NCBI RefSeq assembly: GCF_003334785.1
Contig: NZ_QOWV01000002.1
Source of the DNA: Escherichia coli
Lineage (GTDB): Bacteria; Pseudomonadota; Gammaproteobacteria; Enterobacterales; Enterobacteriaceae
Direction: 5' to 3' (one strand)
Length of the DNA stretch: 64,000 bases
Shown: in pieces, positions 39,231-50,494 of the stretch
Position numbering within the stretch: position 1 is the first letter of the stretch
Layout: each line of letters opens with the position of its first letter
Notes under the pieces: model-generated
The model's input: only the letters and a program-made list of their open reading frames with translations
Told to the model about the DNA's origin: nothing
Databases searched by the model: none
Program-made: the position numbers and the translations under genes

Positions 39231-40421
39231 TTACAGCACCTTATGCGGGCCAAAGCATTCGTAATGAATGTTTTCCTGCTTCACGCCCAGATCCACTAAC
39301 TGTTTCGCGGTAAACTGCATGAAGCCAACCGGGCCGCAGAGATAGAACTGCATTGTCGGATCGCTGAACGCACCTTCCAGTTTGCTCAAATCCATCAGAC
39401 CTTCGCTATCAAACTGACCTTTAGCGCGATCGGCTTCGCTCGGCTGACGATACCAGGTGTGCGCGGTAAAGCGCGGCAGTGACTGCCCCAGTTCCTTAAC
39501 TTCATCGGCAAAGGCGTGAACATCGCCATTTTCTGCCGCATGGAACCAGTTCACTTGTGCTGTGTGGCCTGCTTTTGCCAGCGTGTCGAGCATTGCCAGC
39601 ATTGGCGTTTGACCAACACCGGCAGAGATTAACGTCACTGGTGTGTCATCTGCGACAGCCATAAAGAAATCACCTGCCGGAGCGACCAGTTTCACGACAT
39701 CGCCAACATTGGCGTGATTGTGCAACCAGTTGGATACCTGCCCACCCTCTTCGCGTTTCACCGCAATACGATAGCCTTTGCCATCCGGTTTGCGAGTCAA
39801 AGAGTACTGACGAATTTCCTGATGTGGGAAACCTTCCGGCTTCAGCCAGACGCCGAGATATTGCCCCGGACGGTATTCTGCCACTGCGCCACCGTCGACC
39901 GGCTCCAGTTCGAAGCTGGTGATAAGCGCGCTGCGCGGTGTTTTAGCCACAATGCGGAAATCGCGAGTACCTTCCCAACCACCGGCTTTGCTGGCGTTTT
40001 CGTTATAGATTTCCGCCTCGCGATTGATAAATACATTAGCCAGTACACCATAGGCTTTACCCCACGCGTCCAGCACTTCCTGCCCCGGGCTGAACATTTC
40101 GTCCAGCGTTGCCAACAGGTGTTCACCGACGATGTTGTACTGTTCCGGTTTGATCTGGAAGCTGGTGTGCTTCTGCGCGATTTTTTCTACCGCTGGCAGC
40201 AGCGCAGGCAGGTTTTCAATATTACTGGCGTAGGCGGCAATAGCGTTAAACAGGGCTTCACGTTGATCGCCATTACGCTGGTTACTCATGTTAAAAATTT
40301 CTTTGAGTTCTGGGTTATGAGTAAACATACGGTCGTAGAAATGGGCGGTTAACTTTGGCCCCGTTTCCACCAGTAAAGGGATGGTGGCTTTTACTGTAGC
40401 GATGGTTTGAGCGTCAAGCAT
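39231..40421 (-). CDS. hmp: flavohaemoglobin (nitric oxide dioxygenase)
   Basis: 396 aa from [17 protein letters not shown]...; N-terminal globin and C-terminal FAD/NAD reductase domain. Track ORF has 7 extra codons. Confidence 0.95.
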
Positions 40422-40748
40422 ATGGTCTTCCTTTTTTTGCATCTTAATTGATGTATCTCAAATGCATCTTATAAAAAATAGCCCTGCAATGTAAATGGTT
40501 CTTTGGTGTTTTTCAGAAAGAATGTGATGAAGTGAAAAATTTGCATCACAAACCTGAAAAGAAATCCGTTTCCGGTTGCAAGTTCTTTATTCTCCAAAGC
40601 CTTGCGTAGCCTGAAGGTAATCGTTTGCGTAAATTCCTTTGTCAAGACCTGTTATCGCACAATGATTCGGTTATACTGTTCGCCGTTGTCCAACAGGACC
40701 GCCTATAAAGGCCAAAAATTTTATTGTTAGCTGAGTCAGGAGATGCGG

Positions 40749-42002
40749 ATGTTAAAGCGTGAAATGAACATTGCCGATTATGATGCCGAACTGTGGCAGG
40801 CTATGGAGCAGGAAAAAGTACGTCAGGAAGAGCACATCGAACTGATCGCCTCCGAAAACTACACCAGCCCGCGCGTAATGCAGGCGCAGGGTTCTCAGCT
40901 GACCAACAAATATGCTGAAGGTTATCCGGGCAAACGCTACTACGGCGGTTGCGAGTATGTTGATATCGTTGAACAACTGGCGATCGATCGTGCGAAAGAA
41001 CTGTTCGGCGCTGACTACGCTAACGTCCAGCCGCACTCCGGCTCCCAGGCTAACTTTGCGGTCTACACCGCGCTGCTGGAACCAGGTGATACCGTTCTGG
41101 GTATGAACCTGGCGCATGGCGGTCACCTGACTCACGGTTCTCCGGTTAACTTCTCCGGTAAACTGTACAACATCGTTCCTTACGGTATCGATGCTACCGG
41201 TCATATCGACTACGCCGATCTGGAAAAACAAGCCAAAGAACACAAGCCGAAAATGATTATCGGTGGTTTCTCTGCATATTCCGGCGTGGTGGACTGGGCG
41301 AAAATGCGTGAAATCGCTGACAGCATCGGTGCTTACCTGTTCGTTGATATGGCGCACGTTGCGGGCCTGGTTGCTGCTGGCGTCTACCCGAACCCGGTTC
41401 CTCATGCTCACGTTGTTACTACCACCACTCACAAAACCCTGGCGGGTCCGCGCGGCGGCCTGATCCTGGCGAAAGGTGGTAGCGAAGAGCTGTACAAAAA
41501 ACTGAACTCTGCCGTTTTCCCTGGTGGTCAGGGCGGTCCGTTGATGCACGTAATCGCCGGTAAAGCGGTTGCTCTGAAAGAAGCGATGGAGCCTGAGTTC
41601 AAAACTTACCAGCAGCAGGTCGCTAAAAACGCTAAAGCGATGGTAGAAGTGTTCCTCGAGCGCGGCTACAAAGTGGTTTCCGGCGGCACTGATAACCACC
41701 TGTTCCTGGTTGATCTGGTTGATAAAAACCTGACCGGTAAAGAAGCAGACGCCGCTCTGGGCCGTGCTAACATCACCGTCAACAAAAACAGCGTACCGAA
41801 CGATCCGAAGAGCCCGTTTGTGACCTCCGGTATTCGTGTAGGTACTCCGGCGATTACCCGTCGCGGCTTTAAAGAAGCCGAAGCGAAAGAACTGGCTGGC
41901 TGGATGTGTGACGTGCTGGACAGCATCAATGATGAAGCCGTTATCGAGCGCATCAAAGGTAAAGTTCTCGACATCTGCGCACGTTACCCGGTTTACGCAT
42001 AA
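40749..42002 (+). CDS. glyA: serine hydroxymethyltransferase
   Basis: 417 aa [16 protein letters not shown]...; PLP-binding Lys in [14 protein letters not shown]. Confidence 0.97.
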
Positions 42003-42041
42003 GCGAAACGGTGATTTGCTGTCAATGTGCTCGTTGTTCAT

Positions 42042-42140
42042 GCCGGATGCGGCGTGAACGCCTTATCCGGCCTACAAAACTTTGCAAATTCAATATATTG
42101 CAATCTCCGTGTAGGCCTGATAAGCGTAGCGCATCAGGCA
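42042..42140. repeat. BIME (pair of inverted REP elements)
   Basis: GCCGGATGCGGCGTGAACGCCTTATCCGGCCTAC...GTAGGCCTGATAAGCGTAGCGCATCAGGCA; near-duplicate of the element at 11875-11973, including the spacer TGCAAATTCAATATATTGCA. Confidence 0.9.
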
Positions 42141-42199
42141 ATTTTTCGTTTATGATCATCAAGGCTTCCTTCGGGAAGCCTTTCTACGTTATCGCGCCA

Positions 42200-43393
42200 T
42201 CAAATCTGTCGTAACTGCGCCTCAACATACAAATAGCCAATTCCCAGCACCTGTTGTGCGCGGCTTAATTGCCCAAAGCCAATTTGCGTCGCTTTCACGC
42301 TCGGTCCTTCGTCGCGGTCGAACGGGTTAAATCCTGTCTGGCGAATAATAGTATTAAGCCAGTTCTCACCAAAGGCACAACTGCGACCGTACAACCAAAT
42401 CTGATTAATATTGAGGATGTTGAGGAAGTTATACAGACTCAAACCAATGGCATTGGCAGAGCGATCAACCCAGCTGGTGATCCACGGTTCTCCACTTTGC
42501 CAGGCAGCGATTAACTGCGCTGTAGTCAGTTTTTCAGGATCAAGTTGAGTACTAACCGGTTGTGATTTTAGCCATACCCGCGCCTGTTTTTTTAATGCGC
42601 TTAACGAGGCGACGGTTTCCAGGCAGCCATAACGTCCACAGTCGCAGACGACGCCATCCGGATTAACGATGGTGTGACCAATCTGTCCGCTACCATACAA
42701 ACTGCCGCGATAAATTTGCTCGTTAATCACGAACGACGAGCCAATGCCGTAATCAACGTTGATCACGCAGAAATCCCGTTCCTGCGAATTATTTTGCCAT
42801 TTCTCCGCCAGCGCCAGCATCACGCAGTCATTATCGACCATCACCCGAATGCCGAGCTTCTCTTCCAGCAGATATTTCACCTCCACCGGCGTTGTCCACG
42901 GCGCTTGCGGCATGGTTTGCGACACGCCGGTCACAGGATCAACCTGACCGTGGATTGCCAACGCCAGGTTGATGGTATGGTCCGGCCACAATTTACGGTG
43001 GCGATGCCAGCATTTTTCGATTTCGGACAGCAGCGCCTGCGGCGTCGGTGCATCAATCTGTAAATACTCAAATTCACCTTTCGGACTTAAACAAGCATTA
43101 GCAACCTGACACTCAATACTGGTGGGCGTCACGTTCAGGCACAGCGTCCAGTCACCTTCCGGCGCAATCAGCCATGTACCGCTACTATGCCCGCGCGTCT
43201 GGCTTTCATCGTCAATATTCACCACCCGTTTTTCGCTTTCCAGTTCCTGCAAAATATTACTGACTGCCGGAATCGAAATTTGCGCCAGCCGGGCCAGCGT
43301 TGATTTATTGGCGCGCTTTTGCCGGTACAGCAGTTCCAGAATCACGCATTTGTTATGGTGGCGAATCTGTTGATTATTAATGCAGGCTCTCAT
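42200..43393 (-). CDS. yphH: ROK/NagC-family transcriptional regulator
   Basis: About 397 aa; N-terminal wHTH and ROK sugar-kinase-like domain; divergent from yphG. Start at 43393 or 43399. Confidence 0.85.
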   Translation of the reverse strand: MRACINNQQIRHHNKCVILELLYRQKRANKSTLARLAQISIPAVSNILQELESEKRVVNIDDESQTRGHSSGTWLIAPEGDWTLCLNVTPTSIECQVANACLSPKGEFEYLQIDAPTPQALLSEIEKCWHRHRKLWPDHTINLALAIHGQVDPVTGVSQTMPQAPWTTPVEVKYLLEEKLGIRVMVDNDCVMLALAEKWQNNSQERDFCVINVDYGIGSSFVINEQIYRGSLYGSGQIGHTIVNPDGVVCDCGRYGCLETVASLSALKKQARVWLKSQPVSTQLDPEKLTTAQLIAAWQSGEPWITSWVDRSANAIGLSLYNFLNILNINQIWLYGRSCAFGENWLNTIIRQTGFNPFDRDEGPSVKATQIGFGQLSRAQQVLGIGYLYVEAQLRQI

Positions 43394-43510
43394 CTTCACT
43401 AAACCTTGTTTAGTTAATTGCGTGATTATTCCGCGAAAACATTGCCAGATTGTTCAATACACTGCCACAAATCTTTTAATTCAGTATGTCTTGTTAATAT
43501 TGAGGGCACC

Positions 43511-46500
43511 ATGACTCCAGTAAAAGTGTGGCAAGAGCGCGTTGAGATCCCGACCTATGAAACCGGGCCGCAGGATATACATCCCATGTTCCTGGAAAAT
43601 CGCGTTTATCAGGGATCGTCCGGCGCGGTTTATCCCTACGGCGTGACCGATACGCTGAGCGAGCAGAAAACCCTGAAATCCTGGCAGGCGGTGTGGCTGG
43701 AAAACGACTACATCAAAGTGATGATCCTGCCGGAACTGGGCGGTCGGGTGCATCGCGCGTGGGATAAAGTGAAACAGCGCGATTTTGTTTATCACAATGA
43801 AGTCATTAAACCTGCGCTGGTGGGGCTGCTGGGGCCGTGGATTTCCGGTGGGATTGAGTTTAACTGGCCGCAACATCATCGCCCGACCACCTTTATGCCC
43901 GTTGATTTCACCCTCGAAGCCCATGAAGACGGTGCACAGACGGTGTGGGTAGGCGAAACGGAGCCGATGCATGGTTTACAGGTGATGACAGGTTTCACCC
44001 TGCGCCCTGACCGGGCGGCGCTGGAAATCGCCAGCCGCGTCTATAACGGGAACGCCACGCCGCGTCATTTCTTGTGGTGGGCCAACCCGGCAGTGAAAGG
44101 GGGGGAAGGGCATCAGAGCGTCTTCCCGCCGGATGTAACGGCGGTGTTTGATCACGGCAAACGGGCCGTCTCCGCTTTCCCCATCGCTACCGGCACTTAC
44201 TACAAAGTGGACTACTCCGCTGGAGTGGACATTTCTCGCTATAAAAATGTGCCTGTTCCAACCTCATATATGGCCGAAAAATCGCAGTACGATTTTGTCG
44301 GCGCGTGGTGTCACGATGAAGATGGCGGTTTGCTGCACGTTGCCAACCACCATATTGCGCCAGGTAAAAAACAGTGGAGTTGGGGACACAGTGAATTTGG
44401 CCAGGCGTGGGATAAGAGTCTGACCGACAATAACGGCCCGTATATCGAACTGATGACCGGTATTTTTGCCGATAACCAGCCCGATTTTACCTGGCTTGAT
44501 GCTTACGAAGAGAAGCGTTTTGAGCAGTATTTCCTGCCTTATCATTCTTTGGGCATGGTGCAAAATGCCTCCCGCGATGCGGTGATAAAACTCCAGCGTA
44601 GTAAGCGGGGGATTGAGTGGGGGCTGTATGCCATCTCTCCGTTGAACGGATACCGCCTGGCGATCCGCGAAATCGGTAAATGCAACGCGTTACTTGATGA
44701 TGCCGTGGCACTGATGCCTGCGACCGCCATCCAGGGCGTGTTGCACGGTATCAATCCTGAAAGGCTGACCATTGAGCTCTCCGATGCCGACGGCAATATT
44801 GTACTGAGTTATCAGGAACATCAGCCGCAAGCGTTGCCGTTACCGGACGTCGCCAAAGCGCCACTGGCAGCACAAGACATTACCAGTACAGATGAAGCCT
44901 GGTTTATCGGTCAGCATCTGGAGCAATATCATCACGCCAGCCGTTCACCGTTCGATTACTACCTGCGCGGCGTGGCGCTGGACCCGCTGGATTATCGCTG
45001 TAACCTGGCGCTGGCGATGCTGGAATATAACCGCGCAGATTTCCCGCAAGCGGTGGCGTATGCCACTCAGGCTCTGAAACGCGCACATTCGCTGAACAAA
45101 AATCCGCAGTGCGGACAGGCGAGTTTGATTCGCGCCAGTGCTTACGAACGTCAGGGACAATATCAACAAGCCGAAGAGGATTTCTGGCGTGCGGTCTGGA
45201 GCGGCAACAGCAAAGCCGGTGGCTATTATGGCCTGGCACGACTGGCGGCGCGTAATGGTAACTTCGACGCTGGTCTGGATTTTTGCCAACAAAGTCTTCG
45301 CGCCTGCCCAACCAATCAGGAAGTGCTTTGCCTGCATAATCTGCTGCTGGTGTTAAGTGGTCGTCAGGACAACGCGCGTGTGCAGCGCGAGAAACTGCTG
45401 CGCGATTATCCGCTGAACGCCACTCTGTGGTGGCTGAACTGGTTCGATGGTCGTAGCGAATCAGCTCTCGCGCAGTGGCGCGGTCTGTGTCAGGGACGCG
45501 ACGTTAACGCCCTGATGACCGCCGGGCAACTGATTAACTGGGGAATGCCCACCCTGGCGGCAGAGATGCTGAACGCACTGGACTGCCAGCGCACGCTGCC
45601 GCTTTACCTGCAAGCCAGCTTGCTGCCGAAAGCCGAACGTGGCGAACTGGTCGCAAAAGCCATTGATGTCTTCCCGCAGTTTGTCCGTTTCCCGAATACG
45701 CTGGAAGAAGTGGCGGCGCTGGAGAGTATTGAAGAGTGCTGGTTTGCTCGCCATTTACTAGCTTGCTTCTACTACAACAAACGTAGCTACAACAAAGCCA
45801 TTGCCTTTTGGCAACGTTGCGTAGAGATGTCGCCGGAGTTTGCCGACGGCTGGCGCGGGTTAGCGATCCATGCGTGGAATAAGCAACACGATTATGAGCT
45901 GGCCGCGCGTTATCTTGATAATGCTTATCAGCTTGCGCCGCAGGATGCACGTCTGCTTTTCGAACGGGATTTGCTGGATAAGTTAAGTGGAGCCACACCG
46001 GAGAAACGACTGGCGCGTCTGGAAAATAATCTGGAAATTGCGCTGAAACGCGACGACATGACCGCAGAACTGCTCAATTTGTGGCATCTCACGGGTCAGG
46101 CAGACAAAGCGGCGGACATTCTCGCCACGCGCAAATTCCACCCGTGGGAAGGCGGGGAAGGGAAGGTCACCAGTCAGTTTATCCTCAACCAGTTATTACG
46201 CGCCTGGCAGCATCTTGATGCCAGACAGCCGCAGCAGGCCTGCGAACTGCTTCATGCCGCGCTGCATTATCCGGAGAATTTAAGCGAAGGCCGTTTACCG
46301 GGGCAAACTGATAACGACATCTGGTTCTGGCAGGCGATATGCGCCAACGCGCAGGGCGATGAAACTGAAGCGACGCGTTGTTTACGTCTGGCGGCGACCG
46401 GCGATCGCACTATTAACATTCACAGTTATTACAACGATCAGCCGGTTGATTATCTCTTCTGGCAAGGGATGGCGCTGCGACTGCTGGGCGAACAACAAAC

Positions 46501-46792
46501 CGCACAGCAACTGTTTAGTGAAATGAAACAGTGGGCGCAAGAGATGGCGAAAACCAGTATCGAAGCGGATTTCTTTGCCGTCTCGCAACCTGACTTGTTG
46601 TCGCTGTATGGCGATTTACAACAGCAGCATAAAGAAAAATGCCTGATGGTGGCGATGCTGGCGTCCGCGGGACTCGGGGAGGTTGCGCAATATGAGTCTG
46701 CTCGCGCTGAATTGACGGCGATTAATCCGGCTTGGCCGAAAGCGGCATTATTCACCACCGTGATGCCTTTTATTTTTAACCGCGTTCACTAA
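43511..46792 (+). CDS. yphG: large TPR-repeat protein of unknown function
   Basis: 1093 aa from MTPVKVWQERVEIP... with GAGGG Shine-Dalgarno; TPR-like repeats in the C-terminal half; no obvious signal peptide. Track ORF over-extended by 31 codons. Confidence 0.85.
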   Translation: MTPVKVWQERVEIPTYETGPQDIHPMFLENRVYQGSSGAVYPYGVTDTLSEQKTLKSWQAVWLENDYIKVMILPELGGRVHRAWDKVKQRDFVYHNEVIKPALVGLLGPWISGGIEFNWPQHHRPTTFMPVDFTLEAHEDGAQTVWVGETEPMHGLQVMTGFTLRPDRAALEIASRVYNGNATPRHFLWWANPAVKGGEGHQSVFPPDVTAVFDHGKRAVSAFPIATGTYYKVDYSAGVDISRYKNVPVPTSYMAEKSQYDFVGAWCHDEDGGLLHVANHHIAPGKKQWSWGHSEFGQAWDKSLTDNNGPYIELMTGIFADNQPDFTWLDAYEEKRFEQYFLPYHSLGMVQNASRDAVIKLQRSKRGIEWGLYAISPLNGYRLAIREIGKCNALLDDAVALMPATAIQGVLHGINPERLTIELSDADGNIVLSYQEHQPQALPLPDVAKAPLAAQDITSTDEAWFIGQHLEQYHHASRSPFDYYLRGVALDPLDYRCNLALAMLEYNRADFPQAVAYATQALKRAHSLNKNPQCGQASLIRASAYERQGQYQQAEEDFWRAVWSGNSKAGGYYGLARLAARNGNFDAGLDFCQQSLRACPTNQEVLCLHNLLLVLSGRQDNARVQREKLLRDYPLNATLWWLNWFDGRSESALAQWRGLCQGRDVNALMTAGQLINWGMPTLAAEMLNALDCQRTLPLYLQASLLPKAERGELVAKAIDVFPQFVRFPNTLEEVAALESIEECWFARHLLACFYYNKRSYNKAIAFWQRCVEMSPEFADGWRGLAIHAWNKQHDYELAARYLDNAYQLAPQDARLLFERDLLDKLSGATPEKRLARLENNLEIALKRDDMTAELLNLWHLTGQADKAADILATRKFHPWEGGEGKVTSQFILNQLLRAWQHLDARQPQQACELLHAALHYPENLSEGRLPGQTDNDIWFWQAICANAQGDETEATRCLRLAATGDRTINIHSYYNDQPVDYLFWQGMALRLLGEQQTAQQLFSEMKQWAQEMAKTSIEADFFAVSQPDLLSLYGDLQQQHKEKCLMVAMLASAGLGEVAQYESARAELTAINPAWPKAALFTTVMPFIFNRVH

Positions 46793-46888
46793 ACCCTATT
46801 AACTGTAATATTTGAGCGGCACGCGCTGCCGCTCATCACAAAATAATTAGAATAAGCCGTTGTTAATAAAAACCCTACAGGAGGCTCT

Positions 46889-47872
46889 ATGCCTACAAAA
46901 ATGAGAACAACCCGTAATCTATTATTAATGGCTACGCTATTAGGTAGCGCACTATTTGCCAGGGCTGCGGAAAAAGAAATGACCATTGGCGCAATATACC
47001 TTGATACTCAGGGATACTACGCTGGAGTGCGTCAGGGCGTTCAGGATGCGGCAAAAGATTCCTCAGTACAAGTTCAGTTAATAGAAACTAACGCCCAGGG
47101 TGATATTTCGAAAGAAAGTACCTTTGTTGATACCCTCGTGGCGCGTAATGTCGATGCCATTATTTTATCGGCAGTGTCTGAAAATGGCAGTAGCCGTACC
47201 GTTCGTCGCGCCAGTGAAGCGGGCATTCCGGTGATTTGCTACAACACCTGTATTAATCAAAAGGGGGTCGATAAATATGTCTCGGCGTATCTGGTCGGCG
47301 ATCCGCTGGAATTTGGTAAAAAACTGGGTAACGCTGCCGCTGATTATTTTATTGCCAATAAAATTGACCAGCCGAAAATTGCCGTCATCAATTGCGAAGC
47401 CTTTGAAGTTTGTGTGCAGCGACGTAAAGGATTTGAAGAAGTTTTAAAATCCCGCGTTCCCGGCGCGCAAATTGTCGCTAATCAGGAAGGGACTGTTTTA
47501 GATAAAGCGATTTCCGTTGGTGAAAAACTAATTATCTCCACGCCGGATCTCAACGCCATTATGGGGGAATCGGGCGGTGCGACACTCGGCGCGGTAAAAG
47601 CGGTACGTAATCAAAATCAGGCCGGAAAAATTGCTGTTTTCGGTTCGGATATGACAACCGAAATTGCTCAGGAGCTGGAAAACAATCAGGTGCTGAAAGC
47701 GGTAGTGGATATTTCCGGTAAGAAAATGGGCAATGCTGTTTTCGCGCAAACATTGAAGGTTATCAATAAACAAGCCGACGGTGAAAAAGTGATTCAGGTG
47801 CCTATCGATCTCTATACCAAAACGGAAGACGGTAAACAGTGGCTGGCAACGCACGTTGATGGTCTGCCCTAA
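46889..47872 (+). CDS. yphF: ABC transporter periplasmic sugar-binding protein
   Basis: 327 aa with signal peptide; periplasmic binding protein (ribose/LacI-type) fold signature. Confidence 0.88.
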   Translation: MPTKMRTTRNLLLMATLLGSALFARAAEKEMTIGAIYLDTQGYYAGVRQGVQDAAKDSSVQVQLIETNAQGDISKESTFVDTLVARNVDAIILSAVSENGSSRTVRRASEAGIPVICYNTCINQKGVDKYVSAYLVGDPLEFGKKLGNAAADYFIANKIDQPKIAVINCEAFEVCVQRRKGFEEVLKSRVPGAQIVANQEGTVLDKAISVGEKLIISTPDLNAIMGESGGATLGAVKAVRNQNQAGKIAVFGSDMTTEIAQELENNQVLKAVVDISGKKMGNAVFAQTLKVINKQADGEKVIQVPIDLYTKTEDGKQWLATHVDGLP

Positions 47873-47894
47873 TCGCTGATTCGCAGAGGTCCCT

Positions 47895-49406
47895 ATGTTC
47901 ACGGCAACAGAGGCAGTCCCGGTAGCAAAAGTGGTGGCAGGAAATAAGCGTTATCCCGGCGTCGTTGCGCTGGATAACGTTAACTTCACGCTCAATAAAG
48001 GCGAAGTTCGTGCGCTGTTAGGTAAAAACGGCGCGGGCAAATCGACTCTCATTCGAATGCTTACCGGCAGCGAACGCCCGGATAGCGGTGATATCTGGAT
48101 TGGCGAGACGCGACTGGAAGGTGACGAAGCTACGCTGACTCGCCGTGCCGCTGAACTGGGGGTGCGCGCGGTTTATCAGGAGTTAAGTCTGGTGGAAGGG
48201 CTGACAGTGGCGGAAAACCTCTGCCTCGGTCAGTGGCCCCGCCGCAACGGCATGATTGATTACCTGCAAATGGCGCAGGATGCCCAACGTTGCTTACAGG
48301 CGCTGGGCGTTGACGTTAGTCCTGAACAACTTGTTTCAACGCTAAGCCCGGCGCAAAAGCAGCTGGTGGAAATTGCGCGGGTGATGAAGGGCGAGCCGCG
48401 CGTGGTCATTCTTGATGAACCTACCAGTTCGCTTGCGAGTGCGGAAGTTGAACTGGTGATCAGCGCGGTGAAAAAGATGTCGGCACTGGGCGTGGCGGTG
48501 ATTTATGTCAGCCACCGGATGGAAGAAATTCGCCGCATTGCCTCCTGTGCCACCGTTATGCGCGATGGTCAGGTGGCGGGCGATGTGATGCTCGAAAACA
48601 CCTCCACGCATCATATTGTGTCGCTGATGCTCGGGCGCGATCACGTTGATATTGCGCCGGTAGCCCCTCAGGAAATTGTGGATCAGGCCGTGCTGGAAGT
48701 CCGTGCGTTACGCCATAAGCCCAAGCTGGAGGATATCAGTTTTACGCTACGTCGTGGCGAAGTGCTCGGCATTGCTGGTCTGCTGGGGGCAGGGCGCAGT
48801 GAATTGCTGAAGGCGATTGTTGGGCTGGAGGAGTATGAACAGGGCGAAATTGTTATCAACGGCGAGAAAATCACGCGCCCCGATTACGGCGACATGCTGA
48901 AACGCGGCATTGGCTATACGCCAGAAAACCGCAAAGAAGCGGGGATCATTCCCTGGTTGGGCGTTGACGAAAATACAGTGCTGACCAATCGGCAAAAAAT
49001 CAGCGCCAACGGTGTGCTGCAATGGTCCACCATCCGCCGCCTGACCGAAGAGGTGATGCAGCGGATGACGGTCAAGGCCGCCAGTAGCGAAACACCCATC
49101 GGCACGCTTTCTGGTGGCAATCAGCAAAAAGTGGTGATCGGTCGTTGGGTCTATGCTGCCAGCCAGATTTTGTTGCTCGACGAGCCAACGCGCGGCGTCG
49201 ATATCGAAGCCAAACAGCAGATTTACCGTATTGTCCGTGAGCTGGCTGCCGAAGGAAAAAGCGTGGTGTTTATCTCTAGTGAAGTGGAGGAGTTGCCGCT
49301 GGTGTGTGACCGCATCCTGTTATTACAGCACGGCACGTTCTCGCAGGAGTTTCACGCTCCGGTCAATGTGGATGAGCTGATGTCCGCCATTCTGTCTGTG
49401 CACTGA
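47895..49406 (+). CDS. yphE: ABC transporter ATP-binding protein (tandem ATPase domains, sugar-import type)
   Basis: 503 aa; two nucleotide-binding domains with Walker A (GKNGAGKST), signature LSGGNQQK and Walker B. Confidence 0.9.
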   Translation: MFTATEAVPVAKVVAGNKRYPGVVALDNVNFTLNKGEVRALLGKNGAGKSTLIRMLTGSERPDSGDIWIGETRLEGDEATLTRRAAELGVRAVYQELSLVEGLTVAENLCLGQWPRRNGMIDYLQMAQDAQRCLQALGVDVSPEQLVSTLSPAQKQLVEIARVMKGEPRVVILDEPTSSLASAEVELVISAVKKMSALGVAVIYVSHRMEEIRRIASCATVMRDGQVAGDVMLENTSTHHIVSLMLGRDHVDIAPVAPQEIVDQAVLEVRALRHKPKLEDISFTLRRGEVLGIAGLLGAGRSELLKAIVGLEEYEQGEIVINGEKITRPDYGDMLKRGIGYTPENRKEAGIIPWLGVDENTVLTNRQKISANGVLQWSTIRRLTEEVMQRMTVKAASSETPIGTLSGGNQQKVVIGRWVYAASQILLLDEPTRGVDIEAKQQIYRIVRELAAEGKSVVFISSEVEELPLVCDRILLLQHGTFSQEFHAPVNVDELMSAILSVH

Positions 49407-49430
49407 TGAATTTTACCGAGGAACCTGAAG

Positions 49431-50429
49431 ATGTCTGCTTCGTCATTACCATTGCCGCAGGGCAAGAGCGTCTCGCTCAAACAATTTGTCAGTCGCCATA
49501 TTAATGAGATCGGTTTGCTGGTGGTGATTGCCATTCTTTATCTGGTCTTCTCCCTGAACGCGCCTGGCTTTATCTCATTGAATAACCAGATGAACGTGCT
49601 GCGCGATGCCGCCACCATTGGGATTGCCGCCTGGGCGATGACGCTGATTATTATCTCCGGTGAAATTGATGTCAGCGTTGGGCCGATGGTGGCTTTTGTC
49701 TCGGTGTGCCTGGCATTTTTGCTGCAATTTGAAGTTCCGCTGGCGGTGGCGTGCCTGCTGGTGTTGCTGTTAGGCGCGCTGATGGGAACGCTGGCCGGGG
49801 TGCTGCGCGGCGTGTTTAATGTACCAAGTTTCGTTGCCACACTGGGGCTGTGGAGCGCCCTGCGCGGAATGGGGCTGTTTATGACGAACGCACTGCCAGT
49901 GCCGATTGATGAAAACGAGGTGCTGGACTGGCTGGGCGGACAATTTCTCGGTGTGCCGGTATCCGCGCTGATCATGATTGTGTTGTTTGCGCTGTTTGTG
50001 TTCATCAGCCGCAAAACCGCCTTCGGGCGCTCGGTTTTTGCCGTTGGCGGTAATGCTACGGCGGCGCAGTTGTGCGGCATCAACGTTCGTCGGGTGCGCA
50101 TTCTTATCTTTACCCTTTCGGGATTATTAGCGGCGGTGACCGGCATTTTGTTGGCGGCGCGCCTCGGTTCTGGTAACGCAGGTGCCGCAAACGGTCTGGA
50201 GTTTGACGTCATCGCCGCGGTCGTGGTCGGCGGTACGGCACTTTCCGGCGGTCGCGGTTCCCTGTTCGGTACATTGCTTGGTGTGCTGGTGATTACGCTA
50301 ATCGGTAACGGTCTGGTGCTGCTCGGTATTAACTCCTTTTTCCAGCAGGTGGTACGCGGCGTCATCATCGTGGTGGCGGTGCTGGCGAATATCTTGCTGA
50401 CCCAGCGAAGCAGTAAAGCGAAACGCTAA
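49431..50429 (+). CDS. yphD: ABC transporter permease (ribose/xylose-type)
   Basis: 332 aa hydrophobic multi-TM protein immediately downstream of the ATPase. Confidence 0.88.
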   Translation: MSASSLPLPQGKSVSLKQFVSRHINEIGLLVVIAILYLVFSLNAPGFISLNNQMNVLRDAATIGIAAWAMTLIIISGEIDVSVGPMVAFVSVCLAFLLQFEVPLAVACLLVLLLGALMGTLAGVLRGVFNVPSFVATLGLWSALRGMGLFMTNALPVPIDENEVLDWLGGQFLGVPVSALIMIVLFALFVFISRKTAFGRSVFAVGGNATAAQLCGINVRRVRILIFTLSGLLAAVTGILLAARLGSGNAGAANGLEFDVIAAVVVGGTALSGGRGSLFGTLLGVLVITLIGNGLVLLGINSFFQQVVRGVIIVVAVLANILLTQRSSKAKR

Positions 50430-50494
50430 ACCTTAACGCCCCTGGCGCGGGTGCGGCAGGGATGAAAATTAATCGTATTGTTAATGAGGGATTT

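Noticed and set aside
40752-42041. 429-aa minus-strand ORF spanning the whole of glyA
   Set aside because: It is the mirror frame of glyA with a biased, motif-less translation; the glyA frame carries the PLP-lysine motif and canonical start.
49538-50368. 276-aa minus-strand ORF inside yphD
   Set aside because: It is antisense to the permease gene and its translation is Pro/Thr/Ala/Ser-rich low complexity, characteristic of reverse-frame artefacts.
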